Source of the DNA: Myxococcota bacterium
GTDB taxonomy: Bacteria; Myxococcota_A; SURF-8
Direction: 5' to 3'
DNA: 64,000 nt
NCBI GenBank assembly: GCA_965140415.1
Contig: OZ223209.1
Location: 5,728,001 to 5,792,000, forward strand
Part shown: positions 29,095 through 37,508 of the stretch, in pieces
How the letters are laid out: each line of letters starts with the position of its first letter
How positions within the stretch are numbered: the first letter of the stretch is position 1
The notes under the pieces: generated by a model
What the model was told of the DNA's origin: nothing
The model's database searches: none
What the model saw: only the letters and a program-made list of their open reading frames with translations
Position numbers and translations under genes: made by a program

Positions 29095-29676
29095 CTATCG
29101 ACGCCTGGCCAGCCAGTCGCGCAGGTTTTTGCGATGCGCGATCACGATCCAGCCTGCGCAGCAAAGACAACCCACCACCGAAAGCGCCATCCACCCGGAA
29201 ACGGAAACAAGGCCCAAAATCAACACGGCCAGCATACCGAATGACGCGATGAACGGCTCTTTGACCCAGCGATGAATCAGCACCCAGCCCGCCATGGAAA
29301 CAACGGCGTATCCGGGAGCCAGCGCCAACACGAAACCCAGCAGATTCGCTACGCCTTTACCGCCTCGAAAACCGTGAAAACAGGGATAGCGATTGCCGAT
29401 GAGTAACGCCAGCGCCACCCAGGGCAGCCAGTGGGGTGACAAGAGCCATTGGGCAACCAGGGCGATGGTGATCGAGCGCCCCAGATCCAGCAGCAGCACC
29501 GCCGCCGCCGTCAGTCGTCCATGCTGGCGGTAGACGTTCACCACACCGGGATTGCCGCTGTGCAACTTGCGCGGATCGGGATGTCTCAATATCTTTAAGG
29601 TTAGAATCGCGAAGTTGATCGACCCTGCCAGATAGGCAGCCAGAGCGGAGATGAGCAGCAGCAGCGTTTCATTCAT
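29095..29676 (-). CDS. plsY: Glycerol-3-phosphate acyltransferase PlsY family
   Basis: YLAGSINF, DPR..HSGNPG..N..R, FRGGKGVA; start ATG 29676 overlaps upstream stop. Confidence 0.9.
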   Translation of the reverse strand: MNETLLLLISALAAYLAGSINFAILTLKILRHPDPRKLHSGNPGVVNVYRQHGRLTAAAVLLLDLGRSITIALVAQWLLSPHWLPWVALALLIGNRYPCFHGFRGGKGVANLLGFVLALAPGYAVVSMAGWVLIHRWVKEPFIASFGMLAVLILGLVSVSGWMALSVVGCLCCAGWIVIAHRKNLRDWLARRR

Positions 29677-31166
29677 GGGCGCTCTCCATCCAGCACCAGC
29701 AGAGTAAACACATGTTCGTCTACTTCCATATGAACGGCCCAATGCTGGCGCTCGTCGATCAGCACAAGGCTTCGATCTCGCTCGATTTCTACAGCTTCCA
29801 CCGTCTTCCAGCACATGGGCAGGGGGCGATCCAGGGCTTTGGCGGCAGCTTCCTTTAGCGACCAGATGCGCGTGGCCGCTTGCATTTCCGATAATTCGGA
29901 TTGCTCCACCAAGCGGCGCTCGGCGGGATTCATAAAGCTTTGTTGTCCTTTAATAACGCGCTCTCCGATTCGCTCCACATCCACGCCCAGCGGCTTCGAT
30001 CCGCCCACCGCAACGGCAAAGCGCTCATCGTGCGAAAGGCTGCAATACATCGGATTCTGTTCGTTTTTTCCGATCCGGCACAGGGGGCGTTGCGCGTCAT
30101 CAAACGTTTCGATGTCTGTCGCGTCGCAGCGATTTTCTCCGCTGCTCAATCTGGCCAGACGTTTGAGCGCCGCTCTTCCGGCGAGATAGCTTTTCCAGCG
30201 TCGGGGGTGGAAGTTTGCGCTCCGCGCGATTTCCGATTTGGATAACCACCGGTTTTCAAAAGGAATCACCGCGTCCAACTCGACAATCGCCAGTTGTTCG
30301 CAACGCTGCTTGAATGCAGAGAAATCAGGAGGTTGAAGCTGCTGCAACCAATCCGGAACCGTCATCTTTCCTTTAAAGATGTTCCCCATGCGCAGTCCGA
30401 GCAGGCTTTCACACAAAACGCCGTCCGCTTGCAGCACATACAGATCGTAGCGCAACACGTCGCCTTCCGGGGCTTTCGGGAAGATGCGGCAAATGTAGCG
30501 CCCGCCCGCTTGAGTCGGCACATGGATGCACCGTTGCTCGTAGCCAACCGGAATGCCAACGATACCCTGGGCGTATTGTCCCCAGGCGCAGGCGATATGA
30601 AACGCCGCATCGAGCACGAAGGGCGAACCGAGCGGCGCTTCACGTTCAGAATGCGAAGGCGCTAGGATCTCCCCGAGTGCACCATCGGGTGTTAAAAAGA
30701 TCTCGCCGGTCGCGTTGTGAAATGAAGCACCAAAGGGCACCAGTTCGTTGTATAGCGTTTCACCGGAGATGCGGCAGGCCACGCCTTCCGGCGCGGCGAG
30801 TCGATCCAGCGGTACAAGCGCAAGTTCCGGCAACTCACCGAAATGCAAACGGATATGCTCCAGGTTTCTGCGGATGCCGCTTTTGGGCGATTGAAAACTG
30901 GAGAGCAGGCGCGCTCCGCCGTCTTCGTCAAATTCGGCCAGCGCCTCGATTGTATTTTTCTCACCTTGCGGCGGCAAGGGCAGAAAGCGTCCGAATTGGG
31001 CGTTTTCGCTCTGTGTGACGCAAGCCGTCGGGTCTTGCTGCAAACGGGCAATGGCCAGACTTTGCAAGCCTTCCACGGCGGGATAAACAGCTTTGCCGAA
31101 GAAATGATGGTCGTAGAGATAGGATTCCAAGGGAAAAGAAAGCGGCGCTCGTTGCGAATCGCTCAT
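29673..31166 (-). CDS. Fusion of PKS-type dehydratase (double hotdog) and Sfp-type 4'-phosphopantetheinyl transferase
   Basis: DHHFFGKAVYP (HxxxGxxxxP) and LDAAFH DH motifs; SLSHD, GVDVE, WSLKEAAAKA PPTase motifs; ATG 31166 overlaps thioesterase stop. Confidence 0.85.
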   Translation of the reverse strand: MSDSQRAPLSFPLESYLYDHHFFGKAVYPAVEGLQSLAIARLQQDPTACVTQSENAQFGRFLPLPPQGEKNTIEALAEFDEDGGARLLSSFQSPKSGIRRNLEHIRLHFGELPELALVPLDRLAAPEGVACRISGETLYNELVPFGASFHNATGEIFLTPDGALGEILAPSHSEREAPLGSPFVLDAAFHIACAWGQYAQGIVGIPVGYEQRCIHVPTQAGGRYICRIFPKAPEGDVLRYDLYVLQADGVLCESLLGLRMGNIFKGKMTVPDWLQQLQPPDFSAFKQRCEQLAIVELDAVIPFENRWLSKSEIARSANFHPRRWKSYLAGRAALKRLARLSSGENRCDATDIETFDDAQRPLCRIGKNEQNPMYCSLSHDERFAVAVGGSKPLGVDVERIGERVIKGQQSFMNPAERRLVEQSELSEMQAATRIWSLKEAAAKALDRPLPMCWKTVEAVEIERDRSLVLIDERQHWAVHMEVDEHVFTLLVLDGERP

Positions 31167-31642
31167 TTGGGAAAGCTCTCCCACATCGTAACCGTTTTCG
31201 GATCGACCGCCACCACCGTGCCGCGTGCGTTCAACGCGCAGTGCTCGGTGAAGCCACGGCAGACCAGCCTGCCGGTTTCGGCATTCGTGATGACGTAATC
31301 GAACAGGATCTTGACCTTTTCCAGTTTCGCCGGGCGCGTATGCACCCACATCGGATCGTCGTAGTAAAGTGGATGATGGTAGCTGATTCCCAGGTTGACG
31401 ATGGGGTACACGTAGCCGCTGTCTTCCACTTCGCGGTAGGGATAGCCCACCTCGCGCATGAGGCTGGCGCGTCCCAATTCGAAGTAGCGCAGGTAGTTGG
31501 CGTGATAAACGACCTGCGAGCGGTCGGTGTCGGCGTATAAAGGCCGATGAAAAACACGATGCCACACCAGCCCGCCGTGGCTGTCGCGCACGAAGGCGGC
31601 CTGCTCGTCACTGGCTTCCGGCTTAAAAGGTTCAGGTCGCAT
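31163..31642 (-). CDS. Acyl-CoA/ACP thioesterase (YbgC/4-HBT hotdog family)
   Basis: YADTD..VVYHANYLRYFE.GR motif. Confidence 0.9.
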   Translation of the reverse strand: MRPEPFKPEASDEQAAFVRDSHGGLVWHRVFHRPLYADTDRSQVVYHANYLRYFELGRASLMREVGYPYREVEDSGYVYPIVNLGISYHHPLYYDDPMWVHTRPAKLEKVKILFDYVITNAETGRLVCRGFTEHCALNARGTVVAVDPKTVTMWESFPK

Positions 31643-32908
31643 TTACACTCCTCGAAACACCACGCAGCAATTGGTGCCGCCGAATCCGAAGGCATTGCTG
31701 ATCATCAATTCCACCGACAGCTTACGCGCTTCGTCGGGAACCACATCGAGTTCATCGAAATCGGGATCGGGCAGGTGGTTGATAGTCGGTAAAATCATTC
31801 CCTGCCGCATGCCATGAATAGAGAGCGCCGCTTCGATAGCTGCGCTCGCACCCAGGGTATGCCCGAGCTGACTTTTATTCGACGAAACCGGGATCTTGCT
31901 CAACCGCTCCCCGAATACTTCCCGTAAGCAGGCGACTTCGTTGGAATCGCCTTTGGAAGTGGAGGTGCCGTGGGCGTTGATGTACTGGATGTCCTCCGGC
32001 TTCAGTTCGGCATCGTCCAGAGCCTGTCGAATCGCCTGCACGATGGTCGGCTGGTTGGGGCGTGTGAAATGATACGCATCCGAACTCCAGCCAATACCCA
32101 GCACTTCGGCATAGGCCGTTAAGCCATGCGCCTTGATCGCATCTTCGGAAGCCAGCACCAATACGCCGCAACCTTCGGAAAGCACAAAGCCTTTGCGGTC
32201 ACGGCTGAAGGGGCGCGAGGCCTGGCCCGGATCCAGAAACGCGCGGTCTTTTTCCGTCACCTTGACCGTGGCGTTCATATTGGCGAAACCGTGAATGATT
32301 TCCGGCATGATCGGCATATCCACGCCGCCTACCAAGGCGAATTCCAACTCGCCGTCGCGGATCATGCGCGAGGCGATGCCGGTCGCGTGATTGCCCGAGG
32401 CACAGGCGCCCTGCGGCGAAAAGACAGGCCCGGTGTAACCCAGCAAAATCCCCGCCTTGCCTCCGGGCAGGTTGGCGCAGAGATTGGGCAGTAAAAAAGG
32501 ACTCACGCGATTGGGGCCGCGTTCGGCCAGGTTCGTCATGGCGACGCGGAAGGCATCGTGGCCGTTGATGGCGCTACCGATCATGCTGGCGGTAAGCCCG
32601 GCGATCTCCGGTGTAATCTCCAGCCCGGCGTGCTTGAGCGCGTCGCGACTGACAGCCATAGTCAGAATCACGAAGGCCGCGTTCCAGTTGGACACCTCGC
32701 GCTGATCGGTGAAGTCCAGTTCCGATGGGTTCCAGTCGGGAATTTCGCCGACCACGTTACAGGTGGACGCCACCTCGCAGCGTGTTACCTTACGAAATCC
32801 CGCGTCGCCTTGTACGGCTCTTTTCCAGGTATCTTCAAAGCGGCTCCCCAACGGCGTCGCCGCTGCATAACCCGCTACGAATACACGTCTATTTAAAGGT
32901 GCTTTCAT
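31643..32908 (-). CDS. Beta-ketoacyl-ACP synthase (FabF-like) 2
   Basis: GACASG (Cys), INAHGTST (His), KSQLGHTLGA (His), SNAFGFGG. Confidence 0.93.
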   Translation of the reverse strand: MKAPLNRRVFVAGYAAATPLGSRFEDTWKRAVQGDAGFRKVTRCEVASTCNVVGEIPDWNPSELDFTDQREVSNWNAAFVILTMAVSRDALKHAGLEITPEIAGLTASMIGSAINGHDAFRVAMTNLAERGPNRVSPFLLPNLCANLPGGKAGILLGYTGPVFSPQGACASGNHATGIASRMIRDGELEFALVGGVDMPIMPEIIHGFANMNATVKVTEKDRAFLDPGQASRPFSRDRKGFVLSEGCGVLVLASEDAIKAHGLTAYAEVLGIGWSSDAYHFTRPNQPTIVQAIRQALDDAELKPEDIQYINAHGTSTSKGDSNEVACLREVFGERLSKIPVSSNKSQLGHTLGASAAIEAALSIHGMRQGMILPTINHLPDPDFDELDVVPDEARKLSVELMISNAFGFGGTNCCVVFRGV

Positions 32909-32935
32909 CGGTTCAATCCACTACGATGCAGGTCG

Positions 32936-34183
32936 TCAACCGACCCGCTTGAAAACGGTACAGGCGTTGCAGCCTCCGAAACCGAAGGCGTTTTTCAGCA
33001 TGAATTCCTGTTCGAGCGCGCGCGCGCCCTCGGAGACACAGTCCAGTTCCAGTTCGGGATCGGCAGTATAGTTGATGGTCGGCAGCAGCTTTTGATTCCG
33101 CAATGCTTCCATGGCGAAAATGCTTTCGATGGCGCTGCTGGCTCCCATGGCGTGACCGATCTGCGATTTATTGGCGCTCACGGGAGGAATGTTCTTACCG
33201 AAAACTTCGTGCAGCGCTTCGACTTCCACCTGATCGCCGACTTTGGTAGAGGCGGCGTGGCCGTTGATGGCGTCGATGTCCTGCGGTTGCAGCCCCGCAT
33301 GGGAAATCGCCTCGGTAATACAGCGGGTGATGGTCGGTTTATGCGGTGCAACGAAGTGATGCGCATCGGCGCTCATGCCCCATCCGGCCAGTTCGATATT
33401 GTAACCAAGACCGTGCGCGTCCGCGAATTCCTTGCTGGCGATCACGATGCAGCCGGAGCCTTCGCTGATGACGAAACCGCGCCGATCGATGGAAAAGGGA
33501 CGGCTGGCGCGTTCGGGCGCTTCCGGCAGATTCGGCTTGTCTTTATAGGCTCCGTTCATGGTGGCGAAACCGGCGGTGATCGGTTCGACCAAAGGACAAT
33601 CCACCGCGCCGCAAACGGCTACATCGGCCATACCCGACTGAATGAACATCGCGCCGATGATCATCGAAGTGCTGCCGGTGGCGCAGGCGGTAACGGTCGT
33701 GACAATCGGCCCGGTCGCGCCGGTTAAAATGCTGACCTTGCCGCCGACCATGTTGATACAGGAATTGGGATTGACAAAAGGCTTGGGCAGTTTGCCTTCG
33801 GCGATCATCAGCCGATCTGCGTGCAATACCGCATCCTGCCCGCCTACGGCGGTGGAAAAGGTCGTCGCCACGCGCGGAGCCAGTTCCGGCGTAATCTCCA
33901 AACCGGCGCGCTGCAAAGCCCGATGCACGGCCAGCAATCCGTATTTGAAAATCGGGGAGGTCCACTGCGCCAGGGCGCGCGGCGAAAGAAAGGGATACTC
34001 GCTAACATCCACATCGCCGATCTGACCGGAGATTTTCACCGGGAAGGCATCGTTGTAGGCAAAGCGAGTCAGTTCCGATACGCCGCTTTCTCCGCGCTCG
34101 GCACGCTCCCACTGCTCTTGCAGGGTTACGCCCAGCGGCGAAAGCGCGTCATACCCCAGAATGACTATTGTACGATCCGACAT
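32936..34183 (-). CDS. Beta-ketoacyl-ACP synthase (FabF-like) 1
   Basis: TACATG (Cys), INGHAAST (His), KSQIGHAMGA (His), KNAFGFGG. Confidence 0.93.
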   Translation of the reverse strand: MSDRTIVILGYDALSPLGVTLQEQWERAERGESGVSELTRFAYNDAFPVKISGQIGDVDVSEYPFLSPRALAQWTSPIFKYGLLAVHRALQRAGLEITPELAPRVATTFSTAVGGQDAVLHADRLMIAEGKLPKPFVNPNSCINMVGGKVSILTGATGPIVTTVTACATGSTSMIIGAMFIQSGMADVAVCGAVDCPLVEPITAGFATMNGAYKDKPNLPEAPERASRPFSIDRRGFVISEGSGCIVIASKEFADAHGLGYNIELAGWGMSADAHHFVAPHKPTITRCITEAISHAGLQPQDIDAINGHAASTKVGDQVEVEALHEVFGKNIPPVSANKSQIGHAMGASSAIESIFAMEALRNQKLLPTINYTADPELELDCVSEGARALEQEFMLKNAFGFGGCNACTVFKRVG

Positions 34184-34227
34184 TGGGGACTGTCCATCAA
34201 GGTTAGGGGCTGCTGTGGCGCTGCATC

Positions 34228-35229
34228 TTACCAGGGAATAAACTTATACAGCTTGGCGAACATTTCGTACACTTCGATCCAGTTCTGGAAATCCTGGCTG
34301 CTTTCCATGTGCGCCCGCTTGTTGACCATTACCCAGCTCATGTGCGCTGCGCCATCCTTGCAGGTTTTGCAGTCGCGCGTGGCCGAAGTGCAACAGCGAT
34401 GGATCGTTTCCTGATCCGCACCCCAGCGGGTGAAGTGAATCAGCCGCTTGGTACCCGCCGGGCGGTTGTCGATCTGTTCGCTGACGGAGGGACATTCCAG
34501 CCAGCCGAATTCACGTCCCAGCATTTTACCGTTAGTGATGACCTCGTGGTAATATTTACTGGAAATGACCGTATCCGGATAACGCTCCATCAAACCGTCC
34601 ATCTCGTCGCGCACGTCGGCCAGGTTGTGTTCGTCCCAGACCAGCCCTTCCACGTCTTCGTCGTTGCTGAACAACTGGTAATGCACTTTCAGTCCGGCGT
34701 TGCGAATGAATTGCGTGTAGCGCTCGATTTCGCCGGTAGCCACCAGGTTGGGAGTGATGGTGTACAGGTAGTAGGTGTAGGGGTCGCCTTCGTAATTGGC
34801 CATTGAAATCTTGAAGACATCACGCCCGCGCAAGGCGCGTTCCTCTTTTTCTCCGCCCCACAGCGAAATGCCGACCATCATGTCGGGAAAACGTTCGCGC
34901 GGCACTTTGATGATGCCGTTGGTGGCGCAGTAGGAAGGAATGCGCTTGTAAAAAGCTTCCACGCGATCCAGAAACAAGGTCGGCTCGCCGCCGATCAGAA
35001 TCGCGAGATTCACACCGCGTTCCTTTTCACGATCCACAAAGGCTTCCCAGTCGGCCAGTTCCTTTTTCTCCTCCAGCTTGTGCTCGTCCGAAGAAAAGAA
35101 GAAGCAGCCTTTGCAACGCAGGTTGCAGCGGTTGGTCACGTCGTAAATCGAGGAACGGATATTCAGTTTCGCAATGCGCTTGTAACGCTCGTACCATTGC
35201 TCGTCTAACAGAGAACTGACGGTCTTCAT
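34228..35229 (-). CDS. Radical SAM protein B with C-terminal Cys cluster
   Basis: CNLRCKGC, GGEP, C-terminal C...RCC....DCKTC. Confidence 0.9.
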   Translation of the reverse strand: MKTVSSLLDEQWYERYKRIAKLNIRSSIYDVTNRCNLRCKGCFFFSSDEHKLEEKKELADWEAFVDREKERGVNLAILIGGEPTLFLDRVEAFYKRIPSYCATNGIIKVPRERFPDMMVGISLWGGEKEERALRGRDVFKISMANYEGDPYTYYLYTITPNLVATGEIERYTQFIRNAGLKVHYQLFSNDEDVEGLVWDEHNLADVRDEMDGLMERYPDTVISSKYYHEVITNGKMLGREFGWLECPSVSEQIDNRPAGTKRLIHFTRWGADQETIHRCCTSATRDCKTCKDGAAHMSWVMVNKRAHMESSQDFQNWIEVYEMFAKLYKFIPW

Positions 35230-35278
35230 CGTATCATCCTATTTGGGAATGAGTTCGTATCCCGGTAAGTAAAGCGGT

Positions 35279-36364
35279 TCATTCACGCTCGCCGGCTTGC
35301 GGCGGCTCAATGAAGCGGCGGCATAAATTGGGTTGTTTGTCGTAGCCCGTCACCCAGACCGCCAGGTAGGTATCCACGTAATCCAGCCAGGAGCGGAAGG
35401 TATCCGGGTCGATGGCGTGGCGATAGAGTTTGCTGGTTACGACCGCCGAACCGGCGGCGTAATGGCGGCAGTCGCCGCAATCGGTATCGGGAACGCAGCA
35501 GGCAGCGTCGCGATCCCAGTTGAGATCCGTTCGGTACTGGCGGAAGGAACGCCCCAGCCCGACAGCGGTAGACGGATTCATGCGCGGATAAGGACAGGCG
35601 AACAAATCGTGCAGGCCGTTGGTATGCGTATGCGCCACGGTGCTGTAATGCGAAAACAACACCGTTTCCGGGTATTGGTCCAGCAGATCCACCATCACCC
35701 GACGAACGTGCGCCAGCGATTCGGGCGTATGTCGCAACGCGCCATTATAGCCGACCGGCGCGGAAAACATGTTGAAACTGATGGTGCAGTCGTTTTTCGC
35801 CAGCAACTCGGTCACTTCGTAAGCCTGCTCGATGTTTTCGCGGCAGAAGGTATAAATGAAGGTGGCGCGCTTGTCGCCGCTGTAGTTTTCGATCTGTCGC
35901 TCCAACAGATTCTTCACACCGCGCACTTTCGCGCTTGTATCGTCGTTCCCCCAGCTACTGACGTGCAGACGATAACCGATGGCATCGTCGATGCGCTTGA
36001 ACCCGTTGGTGGCGATACAACCCAGGGGTTGCTCGTCGTAACAGACTTCCAACAGCTTCGGCAACAATGACGGCTCGGCTCCGGCGAGCACGACAAAGGT
36101 GACGCCGCGCTCTTTTTCCTTGCGCATCAAGTCGCGCCAGGCTTCGGGATCTTTGTTCTGCTGGGCGAACTGCTTTTCGCCTTCGTAGTAGTAGCAGCCG
36201 TCGCAACGAATGTTGCAGGTATTGCTGATATCATATGTCGATTCGCGCAAAAAGAAGTACTTACGCACCCGCTCGAAGCGCTCTCGGATATCGGGCATTT
36301 GCAACAGTTCCGAGAATTTGTATTTACGCCCGGATTGCTGCGCGTTCAGGTCCATTGCTTCCAT
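35279..36364 (-). CDS. Radical SAM protein A (paralog of B) with C-terminal Cys cluster
   Basis: CNIRCDGC, GAEP, C-terminal C...ACC....DCGDC. Confidence 0.9.
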   Translation of the reverse strand: MEAMDLNAQQSGRKYKFSELLQMPDIRERFERVRKYFFLRESTYDISNTCNIRCDGCYYYEGEKQFAQQNKDPEAWRDLMRKEKERGVTFVVLAGAEPSLLPKLLEVCYDEQPLGCIATNGFKRIDDAIGYRLHVSSWGNDDTSAKVRGVKNLLERQIENYSGDKRATFIYTFCRENIEQAYEVTELLAKNDCTISFNMFSAPVGYNGALRHTPESLAHVRRVMVDLLDQYPETVLFSHYSTVAHTHTNGLHDLFACPYPRMNPSTAVGLGRSFRQYRTDLNWDRDAACCVPDTDCGDCRHYAAGSAVVTSKLYRHAIDPDTFRSWLDYVDTYLAVWVTGYDKQPNLCRRFIEPPQAGERE

Positions 36365-36594
36365 CGTTCACTCTCCCATTCCGTAAGGAAACGCTCGTTG
36401 CTACGTTGAATGATTTCATAGATGCCCGCTTAGCAGCGGGGCGTTCCCGCAACATACCGCAACAGTCTGCCGTATGTATCACAAGTTCCCGCCTGCCCGC
36501 AAGTATAAGACCTTGAGTCTCAGCGGGTGTTGATTATATTCAACATCTTGGAATCTTGGCGGTTTTGACGACAAGCATTAAACCACAGCACGAC

Positions 36595-36622
36595 TTGACG
36601 TCAAAAGATGGCACATTATAAT
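36595..36622 (+). promoter_or_regulatory. Putative sigma70 promoter in the divergent intergenic region
   Basis: TTGACG-N16-TATAAT in an AT-rich spacer. Confidence 0.55.
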
Positions 36623-36767
36623 AAACTGGAAAAAAAATTCAATACTTCCCTTTCTCTTTTTTGAAACAATTTAAGGTATAGTGTATTAAACGTAAATTCG
36701 CTTGGTGGGTGTTTTATAGCATGGAAAACTCGCAAGCTGCGGAAAGATATAAACGAAGTTGAAAACA

Positions 36768-37508
36768 ATGAACGACGCAACAGAAAAAAAGAGCCGGGCA
36801 GCCTTTGTCATTCCGAACTACAATCATGGCCAAACGGTACTTTCCGTCGTGCAGCAAGCGCAGCAAACCGGCTTGCCGGTCGTCGTGGTGGATGATGGCT
36901 CCACCGATGGTGGCACTGAAAAACTCATGGAATATCAAGGAATTCACTTAATTCGGCATGAAAGTAATCAGGGCAAGGGAGCCGCATTGAAAAGCGGCTT
37001 TCATGCCGCTCGCGAGTTGGCGGAATTTGCCATCACCATCGATTCCGACGGTCAGCACGATCCTCAAGACGGCTTGCGTTTATTGGCTTCGGTCACCGAA
37101 AACGAGCGCCCCTTCATCGTAGGAAAACGCGAGGGAATGCTGGACGATCCTCGGATTCCCTGGACCAGCCGCTTCGGTCGGAAATTTTCCAATTTCTGGG
37201 TGCGACTTTCGGGCGGGCCGAAATTGTCGGATACGCAAAGCGGCCTGCGGCTTTATCCGATAGAAGAAACGTTGTCATTACATACACATGCCCGTCATTA
37301 CAATTACGAGGTGGAAGTGCTGGCGCTGGCGAACTGGCGCGGCTATCCGATTCGCGAAGTCCCGGTTTCCGTCGAGTATTTCGGCAAGGTGCAGCGCATT
37401 TCCCATTTCAAGCCTTTTACCGACTTCTGGCGCAACGGGGGCGTGTTCATCCCATTGATGTTATTAAGTTTTCTACTTCCAAAGTCTCTGCGTAGAAGGT
37501 GGTTTTAA
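36768..37508 (+). CDS. Glycosyltransferase family 2
   Basis: IPNYNH, VVDDGSTD, GKGAAL, DSDGQH, DTQSGLRLYP. Confidence 0.92.
   Translation: MNDATEKKSRAAFVIPNYNHGQTVLSVVQQAQQTGLPVVVVDDGSTDGGTEKLMEYQGIHLIRHESNQGKGAALKSGFHAARELAEFAITIDSDGQHDPQDGLRLLASVTENERPFIVGKREGMLDDPRIPWTSRFGRKFSNFWVRLSGGPKLSDTQSGLRLYPIEETLSLHTHARHYNYEVEVLALANWRGYPIREVPVSVEYFGKVQRISHFKPFTDFWRNGGVFIPLMLLSFLLPKSLRRRWF

Noticed and set aside
31166-31565. N-terminal 133 aa of the 630-aa ORF (likewise the first 46 aa of the PlsY ORF)
   Set aside because: These overlap the upstream genes in another frame; internal ATGs coupled to the upstream stop codons are better starts.
31643-34183. KS/chain-length-factor pair of an aromatic type II PKS
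   Set aside because: Both proteins keep the catalytic Cys-His-His, and no ACP or cyclases are adjacent.
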